From an uncultured Phycisphaeraceae bacterium (GTDB lineage Bacteria; Planctomycetota; Phycisphaerae; Phycisphaerales; UBA1924), in the NCBI GenBank assembly GCA_964409775.1, contig CAYPEI010000009.1, positions 20,853 through 84,852 on the forward strand: 64,000 nucleotides of DNA. Reading direction: 5' to 3'. A program made the position numbers and the translations under genes. The notes below the pieces were generated by a model. It had not been told where the DNA came from. It saw only the letters and a list, made by a program, of their open reading frames with translations, and did not search any database. Shown one piece after another: positions 29,053 through 37,119 of the stretch (positions are counted from its first letter, which is position 1; the number at the start of each line of letters is the position of its first letter).

Positions 29053-30222
29053 ATGGCCAAAGCCCTCTCCACCGCGACCACCGAGTTCGAGAAACTCGAC
29101 CGCTGCGCCGACCTCGACCACCGACCCCGCGTCCTGCTGGGCAAAATGGGGCTCGACGGCCATGACCGGGGCGTCAAGGTGATCGCCCGAGCCCTGCGGG
29201 ATTCGGGGGTGCACGTCATCTACTCCGGCCTGTGGCAGACGCCGCGCTCCCTGGCCATCTCCGCCCGCGATGAGGACGTCGACGTCATCGCTGCGTCGAT
29301 GATGTCCAACTCGCACCTGGTGCTCGGTCCCAAACTTATCGAGGCGCTCAAGGAACTCGGACGCCCTGATATCCCGGTGTACATGGGTGGAATCCTCCCG
29401 CAGGAAGACCTCCCCAGGCTTATCGAGCAGGGTGTGGCCAAGTGTTTCACGACCGGCACGGGACTGTTGGACATCGTCGAGGCGGTCCGCGGGGCCGTCC
29501 GGCCGTACAGCGCCAAAGTCTCCAGCGGCCCCGCCGCGCAACTCGCCCGCGATATCTCGCTCATCCACGCCGGCCGTGCCGGAGCGGGCGGCCTGAGGCC
29601 CGATGCCCGGCGTCGCCGCCCCAAGCGTGTGATCGGCATCACCGGGTCGCCGGGCGCCGGCAAATCCACGCTTGTCGCGCAACTCGTCGGTGAGTACACG
29701 CGCCGCGCGAAGGAAGACCAGTCCCTGGGACGTTGTGCAGTCCTGGCATTCGACCCGATGAGCCCCATCACCAGCGGCGCGCTGCTGGGCGACCGGCTGC
29801 GAGTCGACTTCAACAATCTTGACGAGTCGGTCTATTACCGATCCCTGGCGATCAGCGGCGAGGACTATCACGCGGTCAACGAGATCGTGGAACTCATCGG
29901 CGGCTCGATGCCACAGGGCAAGTCGTCCTATGACACCCTCTTCATCGAAACGGTCGGCGCGGGGCAGAACGAAACGAAGATCCGCCAGCATGTCGACCGC
30001 ACCGTCGTCGTGCTGACTCCCGGCATGGGTGACGCGGTCCAGATGGACAAGGCCGGCATTCTGGAGATCGCCGACGTGTTCGTCTGCAACAAGGCGGATC
30101 ATCCGGGCGAGAATGAACTGGTCCGCGATCTGCGCGATGTGGCAGGGCGGCGCCCAGTCTTTGAGACTGTCGCCACCCGTGGTCAGGGAGTGCCCGAACT
30201 GCTCGATGCACTGATGGTCTGA
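29053..30222 (+). CDS. Fusion protein: cobalamin-binding domain (methylmalonyl-CoA-mutase small-subunit type) plus MeaB/ArgK-like G-protein
   Basis: The N-terminal half has the DxHxxG motif (GLDGHDRGVKV) and ...YMGGILP. The C-terminal half has the P-loop GITGSPGAGKST, Walker B/switch II ETVGAGQNE and the NKxD motif CNKAD. ATG at 29053. Confidence 0.85.
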   Translation: MAKALSTATTEFEKLDRCADLDHRPRVLLGKMGLDGHDRGVKVIARALRDSGVHVIYSGLWQTPRSLAISARDEDVDVIAASMMSNSHLVLGPKLIEALKELGRPDIPVYMGGILPQEDLPRLIEQGVAKCFTTGTGLLDIVEAVRGAVRPYSAKVSSGPAAQLARDISLIHAGRAGAGGLRPDARRRRPKRVIGITGSPGAGKSTLVAQLVGEYTRRAKEDQSLGRCAVLAFDPMSPITSGALLGDRLRVDFNNLDESVYYRSLAISGEDYHAVNEIVELIGGSMPQGKSSYDTLFIETVGAGQNETKIRQHVDRTVVVLTPGMGDAVQMDKAGILEIADVFVCNKADHPGENELVRDLRDVAGRRPVFETVATRGQGVPELLDALMV

Positions 30223-30408
30223 ATACCGGCTTCCGCTCAGGACCTCTCGATTCTCGGACCCGGGGCAGTTGCCCAGTCTTCCCTGCCGCCACGCTCCGCT
30301 GCGAGGCTGCTTTCGAGATCTGATCCGACTGGTTCACTCCGGAGCCGGGTGTAGTTTTCTCGCATCGGCGACACCGCTTTGGTGTGGTCGTGCAGGAACG
30401 TGCCACTC

Positions 30409-30576
30409 ATGCTCAAAATCGGACAATCGCTCACGCTCTTCGTCGCGCTTGCGGGCTTTGTCGCGTCAGGGATCCACGCGCAGCACGTGGACCTGCTTCC
30501 GGCTCCTGGCGCACTCGTCCTCGTCGCCGCGGCGGTCGCCATCATGTTGCGACCCCGGGCTCTCCGCGCAGCCTGA
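30409..30576 (+). CDS. Hypothetical 55-aa pre-protein: signal peptide plus PEP-CTERM-like tail (weak call)
   Basis: MLKIGQSLTLFVALAGFVASGIHA | QHVD | LPAPGALVLVAAAVAIMLRPRALRAA. Third-position GC looks coding-like by eye. There is no strong SD sequence. Confidence 0.3.
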   Translation: MLKIGQSLTLFVALAGFVASGIHAQHVDLLPAPGALVLVAAAVAIMLRPRALRAA

Positions 30577-30668
30577 TCGCCGCTCCACCCTGTCTCCATC
30601 CGCCGCCGTCCGGGGACGATCCTCCTCGTGCGGCGGTTTTTCATGAACGACTGTCGCTAGCATTTCAC

Positions 30669-31693
30669 ATGCTGCAGCCGGCACCGTACATGCTCCAGTG
30701 CATGGAGGTCTGGGGTGGGAACCGCGCCGTCGAGAACGGTGTGGTCATGCCGGGACTCGACGCATGGGTCTTCAGCCGACCCTACGTCGGCCGCGAATCC
30801 CGCGGCTCTGCTGACGATACGTCCCGAGGCGGCGACATCCACTACGTGACCAGTTGCGCGACGGGACGCATCACGCGCATCGTTGTTGCAGACGTCTCCG
30901 GTCACGGCGAGAAAGTCGCCGATACGGCGGTCGAACTCCGCCGCCTCCTGGGCCGATACTCCAACTACGCTGACCAGGAACGCGTCGTCAGCGAGATCGA
31001 TCGGCACTTCGTCGCCCTGGGCGAGTCCGACGCACGCCACGCGGGGCTGTTTGCAACGGCGGTCATCGCGACGTACTGGTCTCCCACCGAGGAGGTCACG
31101 CTCTGCAATGCCGGTCATCCGCGGCCGCTGCGATACCGCGCCCGCGAGCCAAATGGGAGATCCACTCGCCGAAGGCCGATGCATCTGCAACATCGCCTTC
31201 CAATCTGCCCCTGGGTATCGGCGTTGACGGCAAGCACCCGCAATCGGCCTTCCGACTCCGACGCGACGATCTGCTGCTGCTTTACACCGACTCGCTGATC
31301 GAGGCACGCCAACCCAATGGCCGGCAACTCGGCGAGTCCGGACTGCTTGAACTTGTCAGCGCCCTCGATGCTTCTCGCCCCGAATCGCTGGTCCGTCATC
31401 TGCTCGCATCCATCGCTCGCTGGTGCGAACACGAGACTGACGCGGGTGCTCTTCCGGAGTTCGATGACGACCTCACGATGGTCCTGATCCGCTCAAACGC
31501 ACTCGGTCCGCGGCCGTCACTCTCGCTCTCGCTGCTCGCGGGATACCGCATCGGACTCCAGTTCCTCAAGTCCTTGGTGCGCCATGATGTGGTCGCGTCG
31601 TGGCCGCAGATCCGGCGCGATGTTCTTGCGGGTTCGCTTCTCAGGAAAGCCAACGGCGTACCCGGCTCTCGATCAGACGACAGCCCGGACTGA
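30669..31693 (+). pseudogene. PP2C/SpoIIE-family serine phosphatase disrupted by a 1-nt frameshift near 31145-31155
   Basis: Frame A carries CMEVWGGN...GGDIHYV...VADVSGHGEKVA...TLCNAGHPRPLRYRARE. The domain then continues only in the -1 frame, as KWEIHSP...SNLPLGIGVDG...DDLLLLYTDSLIEA...DDDLTMVLIR. Frame A itself runs into an unrelated Arg-rich tail and stops at 31298. Confidence 0.65.
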
Positions 31694-32977
31694 CTACACC
31701 GTCGCCGCGACGCTTCCGTTCCGAGCCGGAACGGTGACCGTGCCCAGGTTGAACGCCGCGTGCACCGCGCGAAGACCCGTTTTTCCGTCCGCTTCATCAA
31801 CGAGACACGAGATCTTGATCTCGCTGGTGGTGATGTTCGCGATCCGGATCCCCGCCTCTGCGAGCGCCTGAAACATGCGGGCGGCAACACCGGGCTGGCT
31901 CTGCATGCCCACGCCGACCGCGGAGACCTTCGCCAGACCCAAGTCCTCGTGGACAGTGCCCTGTCCGATGTTCGTGACCACGCTCTCGACCAGCGCACGC
32001 ACCTCGGCGAGGTCTGTCCGGTCGACCGTGAAGACAATCCCGCATGTCGGGCCGCCCGGACCGTCGGCATCTGCCTGGATGATGTCGTCGACGCTGATTC
32101 CCGCCGCGGCGATCTTCTCGAAGATGTCCCGCTGAATGCCCGCGCGGTTGGGGAGACCGGCGATGGTCACCCGTCCGATGTCGGTCTTGAGCGCCACGGT
32201 GGTAACAGCCTGCTGCGTTTCCATGGAATCCCTCGCGTCACAAATCAATGTGCCCGGCCCGTGCCGCATCGCGTGCAGCACGCGGATCGCCACGCCCGCC
32301 TTCCGTCCGAGTTCGACCGCTCGGAGATGCATGACCTTGGCGCCCTGCGAGGCCGCCTCCATCATCTCCTCGTAGGAAATCCGGTCAATAAGCCGGGCTT
32401 CTTCGACAACCCTCGGATCGGCGGTGTAGACGCCGTCGACATCGGTGTAGATCTCACATTCGGCGTTGCCCAAAGCCGCGGCGAGCGCAACCGCCGTCGT
32501 GTCCGACCCGCCGCGACCCAGCGTCGTGGTGTCCTCGACGAGGCCGGACTGGTCTCGGAACACGCCTTGGAACCCGGCCACGACCGGAACACGCATTCGA
32601 GAAAACTCGTGGATGACCCGCGATGGATCGATCCCGGAGATCCGCGCACGGGAGTGCGTTCCCTCGGTGCGGATGCCGCATTGGCCGCCGGTCAGGCTCA
32701 CCGCCGGAATCCCCATTGATTGCAGGGCCATGGCCATGAGCGCGATGCTGACTTGCTCGCCGGTCGCGAGCAGTTGGTCCATTTCGCGGCGATCGGGCGT
32801 CGAAGAAATCTGCCCGGCGAGTTCGATCAGGTGATCCGTCGTGTCACCCATGGCGGACACCACCACCGCCACGCGTTTCCCGCTGCGGACCGCCTCCGCC
32901 ACGCGCGAGGCGCAGTGCTTGATGCGTGTCGCGTCGGCGACGCTCGAACCACCGAACTTCTGCACAACCGTGGTCAC
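31694..32977 (-). CDS. lysC: Aspartate kinase
   Basis: MTTVVQKFGGSSVADATRIK, GRGGSDTTAVALAAAL, and two C-terminal ACT domains. Confidence 0.95.
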   Translation of the reverse strand: MTTVVQKFGGSSVADATRIKHCASRVAEAVRSGKRVAVVVSAMGDTTDHLIELAGQISSTPDRREMDQLLATGEQVSIALMAMALQSMGIPAVSLTGGQCGIRTEGTHSRARISGIDPSRVIHEFSRMRVPVVAGFQGVFRDQSGLVEDTTTLGRGGSDTTAVALAAALGNAECEIYTDVDGVYTADPRVVEEARLIDRISYEEMMEAASQGAKVMHLRAVELGRKAGVAIRVLHAMRHGPGTLICDARDSMETQQAVTTVALKTDIGRVTIAGLPNRAGIQRDIFEKIAAAGISVDDIIQADADGPGGPTCGIVFTVDRTDLAEVRALVESVVTNIGQGTVHEDLGLAKVSAVGVGMQSQPGVAARMFQALAEAGIRIANITTSEIKISCLVDEADGKTGLRAVHAAFNLGTVTVPARNGSVAATV

Positions 32978-33037
32978 GTACCACTCCTTACCGGGGGGTC
33001 ACGATCGTAGGCCCAACTCAAGGAATTTCATGCCAAA

Positions 33038-33775
33038 TCAGCGCGTCGAAAGCACTCCCGCAGGATCGATTGCCGCCCACGCCACGCCCCACCGGCCGCA
33101 TGGGCCGCAAACTCCGCACTCTGCCGAGCCGTCCCGCTCGCACCACCAGCAGGCCGGTTCATCGCTTTGGAAGGCGGCCCTGCCGCGGGCTGGACGGGGG
33201 ACGGGTGCATCCAAGTCGAGGGCCAGTTCGAGCAGGGCAGCGTCTGAGAGTTCGACGAAGGGGCACTCGATTTTTATGCGCGCAGACCCCCCTTGTCTGG
33301 GGATGTCGATGGCTGCGAGATGGCCAACGACATTGGCCCGATCGTATGCATCCGCCGGCCTCTCTCCAGCGTCCGGGCCGAGATGCACAGGCCAGACGAC
33401 CCTTTCAAGCCCGCACTCGATCGCCAGATGGCAGGCCGAGAGCAGGAGTGCGTTCTGTTGGGAACCGGGGTGCCCAATCGCAGGCACGACTGGGACGCTG
33501 GTCAACAGTTGTTGTTCGGTGAGGGCAGCCTGGCGGGAGACGGCTCCGGCGGCAACCTTGGGGATGCCGGGGGCAGCCCAGATGGAAGGCCTTGGGGAAG
33601 GCCGTCCCGCAATGACCGCCGCAAGGTCGTCCCGTATTCGCCGGGAAGGCCCCCCACTCACTCGTCCCACTCCCCCCCTTTCGTGGCTGAAGCGAACGGC
33701 CTCACGCCACACGGCGACGAGAGAGGGGAGCCCGCCGTCGGAAATCACCAAGGCGTCGCCTCTGCTGATAGACAT
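33038..33775 (-). CDS. QueC-like (7-cyano-7-deazaguanine synthase family) protein with a degenerate PP-loop
   Basis: The C-terminal Cys cluster CWWC...CGVCGPCGRW and ECPFVELSDAALLELALDLD parallel QueC. The expected SGGxDS PP-loop reads ISDGGLPS. Confidence 0.6.
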   Translation of the reverse strand: MSISRGDALVISDGGLPSLVAVWREAVRFSHERGGVGRVSGGPSRRIRDDLAAVIAGRPSPRPSIWAAPGIPKVAAGAVSRQAALTEQQLLTSVPVVPAIGHPGSQQNALLLSACHLAIECGLERVVWPVHLGPDAGERPADAYDRANVVGHLAAIDIPRQGGSARIKIECPFVELSDAALLELALDLDAPVPRPARGRAAFQSDEPACWWCERDGSAECGVCGPCGRWGVAWAAIDPAGVLSTR

Positions 33776-33955
33776 GGCCCGAAGATCGACCTTCCGCCCC
33801 GCCGGACTGCAAAGCCCACTTTCGGAAGCGGCGGGGCTGCTCTGACCGAGGGTTGGACAGGAGGGCGCGATTTCTCAGGAACCTCAGGGGCTGGACGAGC
33901 CTCTCAATCGTGGATCGACAGGTGCGTCGTTCCTCATCGTGGAAGGAGGCGTTTC

Positions 33956-34522
33956 ATGGGCAATCCGCTTCGATATCCCCGCTGGTCGCCGTACGTGGTG
34001 GGTGCGGGCATCGGCGTATTGAGTTGGGCGACGTTCTACTTCATGAACAAGGCCCTTGGGACGAGCACTTCGTTCGTCGGCGCTTCCGAGGCGGCGTTGT
34101 GCACGGTGGCGGCCGAGCATGTCCAGAACAGCGAGTACTTCCTGAAGGAGTACGGCGCGAAGGGCGGCGGCTTCAAGCCGATCTTTGACTGGCAGATGGC
34201 CCTGGATCTTGCGCTCGTGCTCGGGGCATTCATCGCGGCGTGGTTCGGAGGGACGTTCAAGGTCGAGCGTGTGCCGACTCTCTGGGCGGAACGGTTCGGC
34301 CCGAGTGTCGCGAGGCGCTACGCCGCGGCGTTTGCCGGAGGCTTCATCCTGCTGTTCGGGGCGCGGATGGCCGGCGGGTGCACCAGCGGGCACGGGATCT
34401 CGGGCAGTCTTCAACTCGCGGTGTCGAGTTGGGTGTTCTTTGCCGCCATGTTTGCGACCGGGATTGTGACCGCAGCGGCCATGTATGGGATGAGCCGAAA
34501 GGAGGTCGCACATGTTCAGTAA
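33956..34522 (+). CDS. YeeE/YedE family (sulfur-transport) membrane protein, half-size, part 1
   Basis: The motifs GARMAGGCTSGHGISG and YVVGAGIGVLSWATF are typical of YeeE/YedE. ATG at 33956. Confidence 0.85.
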   Translation: MGNPLRYPRWSPYVVGAGIGVLSWATFYFMNKALGTSTSFVGASEAALCTVAAEHVQNSEYFLKEYGAKGGGFKPIFDWQMALDLALVLGAFIAAWFGGTFKVERVPTLWAERFGPSVARRYAAAFAGGFILLFGARMAGGCTSGHGISGSLQLAVSSWVFFAAMFATGIVTAAAMYGMSRKEVAHVQ

Positions 34523-35084
34523 CTTCTTCGCCGATCCTCGGACGCTTCTTCTGGGCGCGGTGACGGGCCTCGTGTTCGGGTTCCTGCTTCAAAAGGGAGG
34601 CGTGACCCGGTACAACGTCATCGTCAACCAGTTCCGATTCAAGGACTTCACCGTCCTGAAGACGATGCTGACGGCGATCGTCGTCGGCGCGATCGGCATC
34701 TACGGGATGCTGCAACTCGGGCTGATCCAGGGGCTGATGGTCAAGCCGGCCACGATCGCGATGAACGCGATCGGGGGCGGGATCTTCGGTGTGGGCATGG
34801 TGATCCTGGGGTACTGCCCGGGCACTGCGCTTGCGGCGGCGGGTCAGGGTTCGCGTGACGCGATCGTGGGCATCGCCGGCGCACTGGTGGGCGCGGCCGT
34901 GTACACCGAGGCCTATCCATGGATCGGCCGGCACATCGAACCCATCGCGAGTTTCGGGAAGATCACGTTTGTCGATCTTGCGCACGTTTCGCCGTGGTTC
35001 ATCATCATCCCGCTGGCGCTCGGTGCGTCCGGGCTGTTCTTCTGGCTTGAGACTCGCACGAGTTCTTCCCGTCAGCCGGCGTAA
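34512..35084 (+). CDS. YeeE/YedE family membrane protein, half-size, part 2
   Basis: LLGAVTGLVFGFLLQKGGV and GVGMVILGYCPGTA. It overlaps the preceding gene by 11 nt. Confidence 0.85.
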   Translation: MFSNFFADPRTLLLGAVTGLVFGFLLQKGGVTRYNVIVNQFRFKDFTVLKTMLTAIVVGAIGIYGMLQLGLIQGLMVKPATIAMNAIGGGIFGVGMVILGYCPGTALAAAGQGSRDAIVGIAGALVGAAVYTEAYPWIGRHIEPIASFGKITFVDLAHVSPWFIIIPLALGASGLFFWLETRTSSSRQPA

Positions 35085-35111
35085 CCCGGCACTCACAAGG
35101 AGGTCGAGCCC

Positions 35112-35333
35112 ATGTGCTTCTGCAAGAACGTCGGACCGGTCGACCGGCTCTTCCGGCTCATCGTCGGCATTGCGCTGATCGTCATCGCCTTGAGTCTGCT
35201 GGGCGCGAGCGATGGCGCGGTGGGCGGGATCATTGCGGTTGCAGCCGGCGTGGTGCTGCTGCTCACCGCGGCGATCGGCTTCTGCCCTGCCTACCTGCCG
35301 TTCAAACTCTCGACGTGCAAGGTCAAGTCCTGA
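35112..35333 (+). CDS. DUF2892 (YgaP-type) small membrane protein
   Basis: NVGPVDRLFRLIVGIALI...LTAAIGFCPAY is the DUF2892 signature. Confidence 0.8.
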   Translation: MCFCKNVGPVDRLFRLIVGIALIVIALSLLGASDGAVGGIIAVAAGVVLLLTAAIGFCPAYLPFKLSTCKVKS

Positions 35334-36168
35334 CCGGTGCCCGGGAAATGGCGTTGAGGATCTTATTCCTCAACGCGGTGGGCATTTCGTCGGCCGCGAG
35401 CGTGGCGCACGCGCTCTGGACGAGGTCGAGTTCGGCGAACACCGACCGGCATCGCTCGCAGAGCACGTCGCGTCCGATCGGAAAGCCGCGGCCCTTGTCC
35501 ATGGCTCCGAGTTTGGCCTTGAGCAGATCGAGGCAGACCTGCTTGTCATAGGCGGGCTCGGTCGCCGGGCGGCCCGGCACGTCCTTGAGCATCGCCTTGC
35601 GCAGCAGCAGGCGGGCGCGGTGCACGCGGGTCTTGATGGTCTCGGGGCGAATGTCGAGGGCGGCAGCGACATCCGCGATCGGCAGTTCGATGATCTCCTT
35701 GAGGATCAGCGGGACGCGGAAGGTCTCGGGCAGAGTCATGATCGCCTTGTGGACCGCTTCCTGCGCCTCGCGGCGGATCGTCTCCTTCAGCGGCGCTGCG
35801 GTTCCGTCGGCGTCGGGCGTGGGGATCGCGGCGACGCTGGTCTCACGCCAGGGCATGAGTTGGGAAACCGCCGGCATCCTCCGATCGGCGCCGCCCTTTC
35901 TGCGCATGCGGGCCTTGCATGATCTCGCCGCGATGGCGTAGAGCCATGTTCCCGGGTTGGACTCGCCGCGGAACGTGTGCCACTTGCGGTGGGCGGTGAG
36001 GAACACCTCCTGCACCATGTCTTCCGCGTCGGCGCGATTCCCGCACAGCCGCAGCGCGAGGCCGTACAGACGCGGGCCGAACTTCTCGAACAGGGCGGCG
36101 ACGGCGGCGCTCGGGGCGAGCCCTGCATCGGTTGTCTTCACGTGCCGGGAATGAGCAACACGGGTCAC
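35323..36168 (-). CDS. ECF-type RNA polymerase sigma factor with an ~85-aa Cys-containing C-terminal extension
   Basis: Region 2 is DAEDMVQEVFLTA...WLYAIAARS. Region 4 is LPETFRVPLILKEIIELPIADVAAALDIRPETIKTRVHRARLLL. The extension contains C-x24-C-x2-C. GTG start at 36168. Confidence 0.88.
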   Translation of the reverse strand: MTRVAHSRHVKTTDAGLAPSAAVAALFEKFGPRLYGLALRLCGNRADAEDMVQEVFLTAHRKWHTFRGESNPGTWLYAIAARSCKARMRRKGGADRRMPAVSQLMPWRETSVAAIPTPDADGTAAPLKETIRREAQEAVHKAIMTLPETFRVPLILKEIIELPIADVAAALDIRPETIKTRVHRARLLLRKAMLKDVPGRPATEPAYDKQVCLDLLKAKLGAMDKGRGFPIGRDVLCERCRSVFAELDLVQSACATLAADEMPTALRNKILNAISRAPVRT

Positions 36169-37016
36169 GGCGAGAGTGTACCAGCACGGCGACGGTCCCG
36201 GTCCTCAGCGATGACCCGACGCACAAACTCGGGATCGGGCCGCAGCACTTCTCCTCCGCCGGGGCGGGCGAAGACCTCGATCTCGACGTTTGCACAGATC
36301 CCGAGCAATCCGCCGCTGGAGACGATCGTGGGGCCGCCCGAGTCTCCGGGGATGAGCGGCGAATCGACACGGAAGGACAGGGCGAGCCCGGGGGCGGCCT
36401 CGGATTCGCCGATGGGACCCCCGGTGATTCTGCCGGCCGCGAATCGACTTGCGCCGATGCCGACGCCCGCCGACAGCACCTCGGCGCCCGCGGCGGCCTC
36501 CGCCAGATCGCACCACTGCAGCGGCATGGTTGCCAGATCGCCCACGTGAATGATGGCGACATCCGCGCTCGAGCCGTCGGAAGTTCCGGACCAGACGGTG
36601 CGGCCGAGCCGCTCGACGTAGTTGCCGGCCTGATCCCGGGCGACGAGCACGTACGGTTCCTCGGAAACGCAGTGCGCGGCCGTCACAAAGTAGCCGTCAT
36701 CGGACACGGCCACGGCGGAGCCGAGGCTCGAATCGGCCGGTTCACCGGCACGCAGCGGATGAAGCCTGAGTTTTCTGGACCCGTCGTGGCTGAGACCCAC
36801 GAAGTCCGCTCCTCCCACAACCACGGCGGTGCGGCACATCAACCAGTCCAGCACCTGCTCGTCGCCGAGGCGGCGCGGGATCCAGGTCGAGACCGACGCC
36901 TCGCGGAGCGGGGCGTGCTGCTCGAAGGCCTTGGCGCGGATATATGACTCGCAGCCGCCCGGGACGGTCGTCCCAAGCAACGCCACCCAGATCCACACTC
37001 GCAGCCGACGCGGCAT
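36165..37016 (-). CDS. Trypsin-like (S1 family) serine protease lipoprotein
   Basis: Lipobox MPRRLRVWIWVALLGTTVPGGC. Catalytic triad contexts are VTAAHCV, ADVAIIHV and GDSGGP. Its stop overlaps the sigma-factor GTG start (GTGA). Confidence 0.85.
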   Translation of the reverse strand: MPRRLRVWIWVALLGTTVPGGCESYIRAKAFEQHAPLREASVSTWIPRRLGDEQVLDWLMCRTAVVVGGADFVGLSHDGSRKLRLHPLRAGEPADSSLGSAVAVSDDGYFVTAAHCVSEEPYVLVARDQAGNYVERLGRTVWSGTSDGSSADVAIIHVGDLATMPLQWCDLAEAAAGAEVLSAGVGIGASRFAAGRITGGPIGESEAAPGLALSFRVDSPLIPGDSGGPTIVSSGGLLGICANVEIEVFARPGGGEVLRPDPEFVRRVIAEDRDRRRAGTLSP

Positions 37017-37119
37017 CCCTGGTCGCTTCCTCCTATCCTGCGATTGCCGCCGGAAGGATATGTTGACGGACGGTCGCCCGGCGATTGGCATGCTTTCCAC
37101 CGGTCCCTCGCACGAACAG

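Noticed and set aside
31140-31160. Programmed -1 ribosomal frameshifting in the SpoIIE phosphatase gene.
   Set aside because: There is no slippery heptamer and no obvious downstream stimulatory structure. A simple 1-nt deletion or a sequencing error is more parsimonious.
37017-37119. A possible fluoride (crcB-motif) riboswitch upstream of crcB, prompted by the GGCGATTGG...CAGATGATGA strings.
   Set aside because: I could not build the required P1 hairpin (GGCGA...UCGCC with a short loop), the AAC(C/G)GCC linker, or the pseudoknot pairing. The resemblance is limited to a few short words. A covariance-model scan (Rfam RF01734) would settle it.
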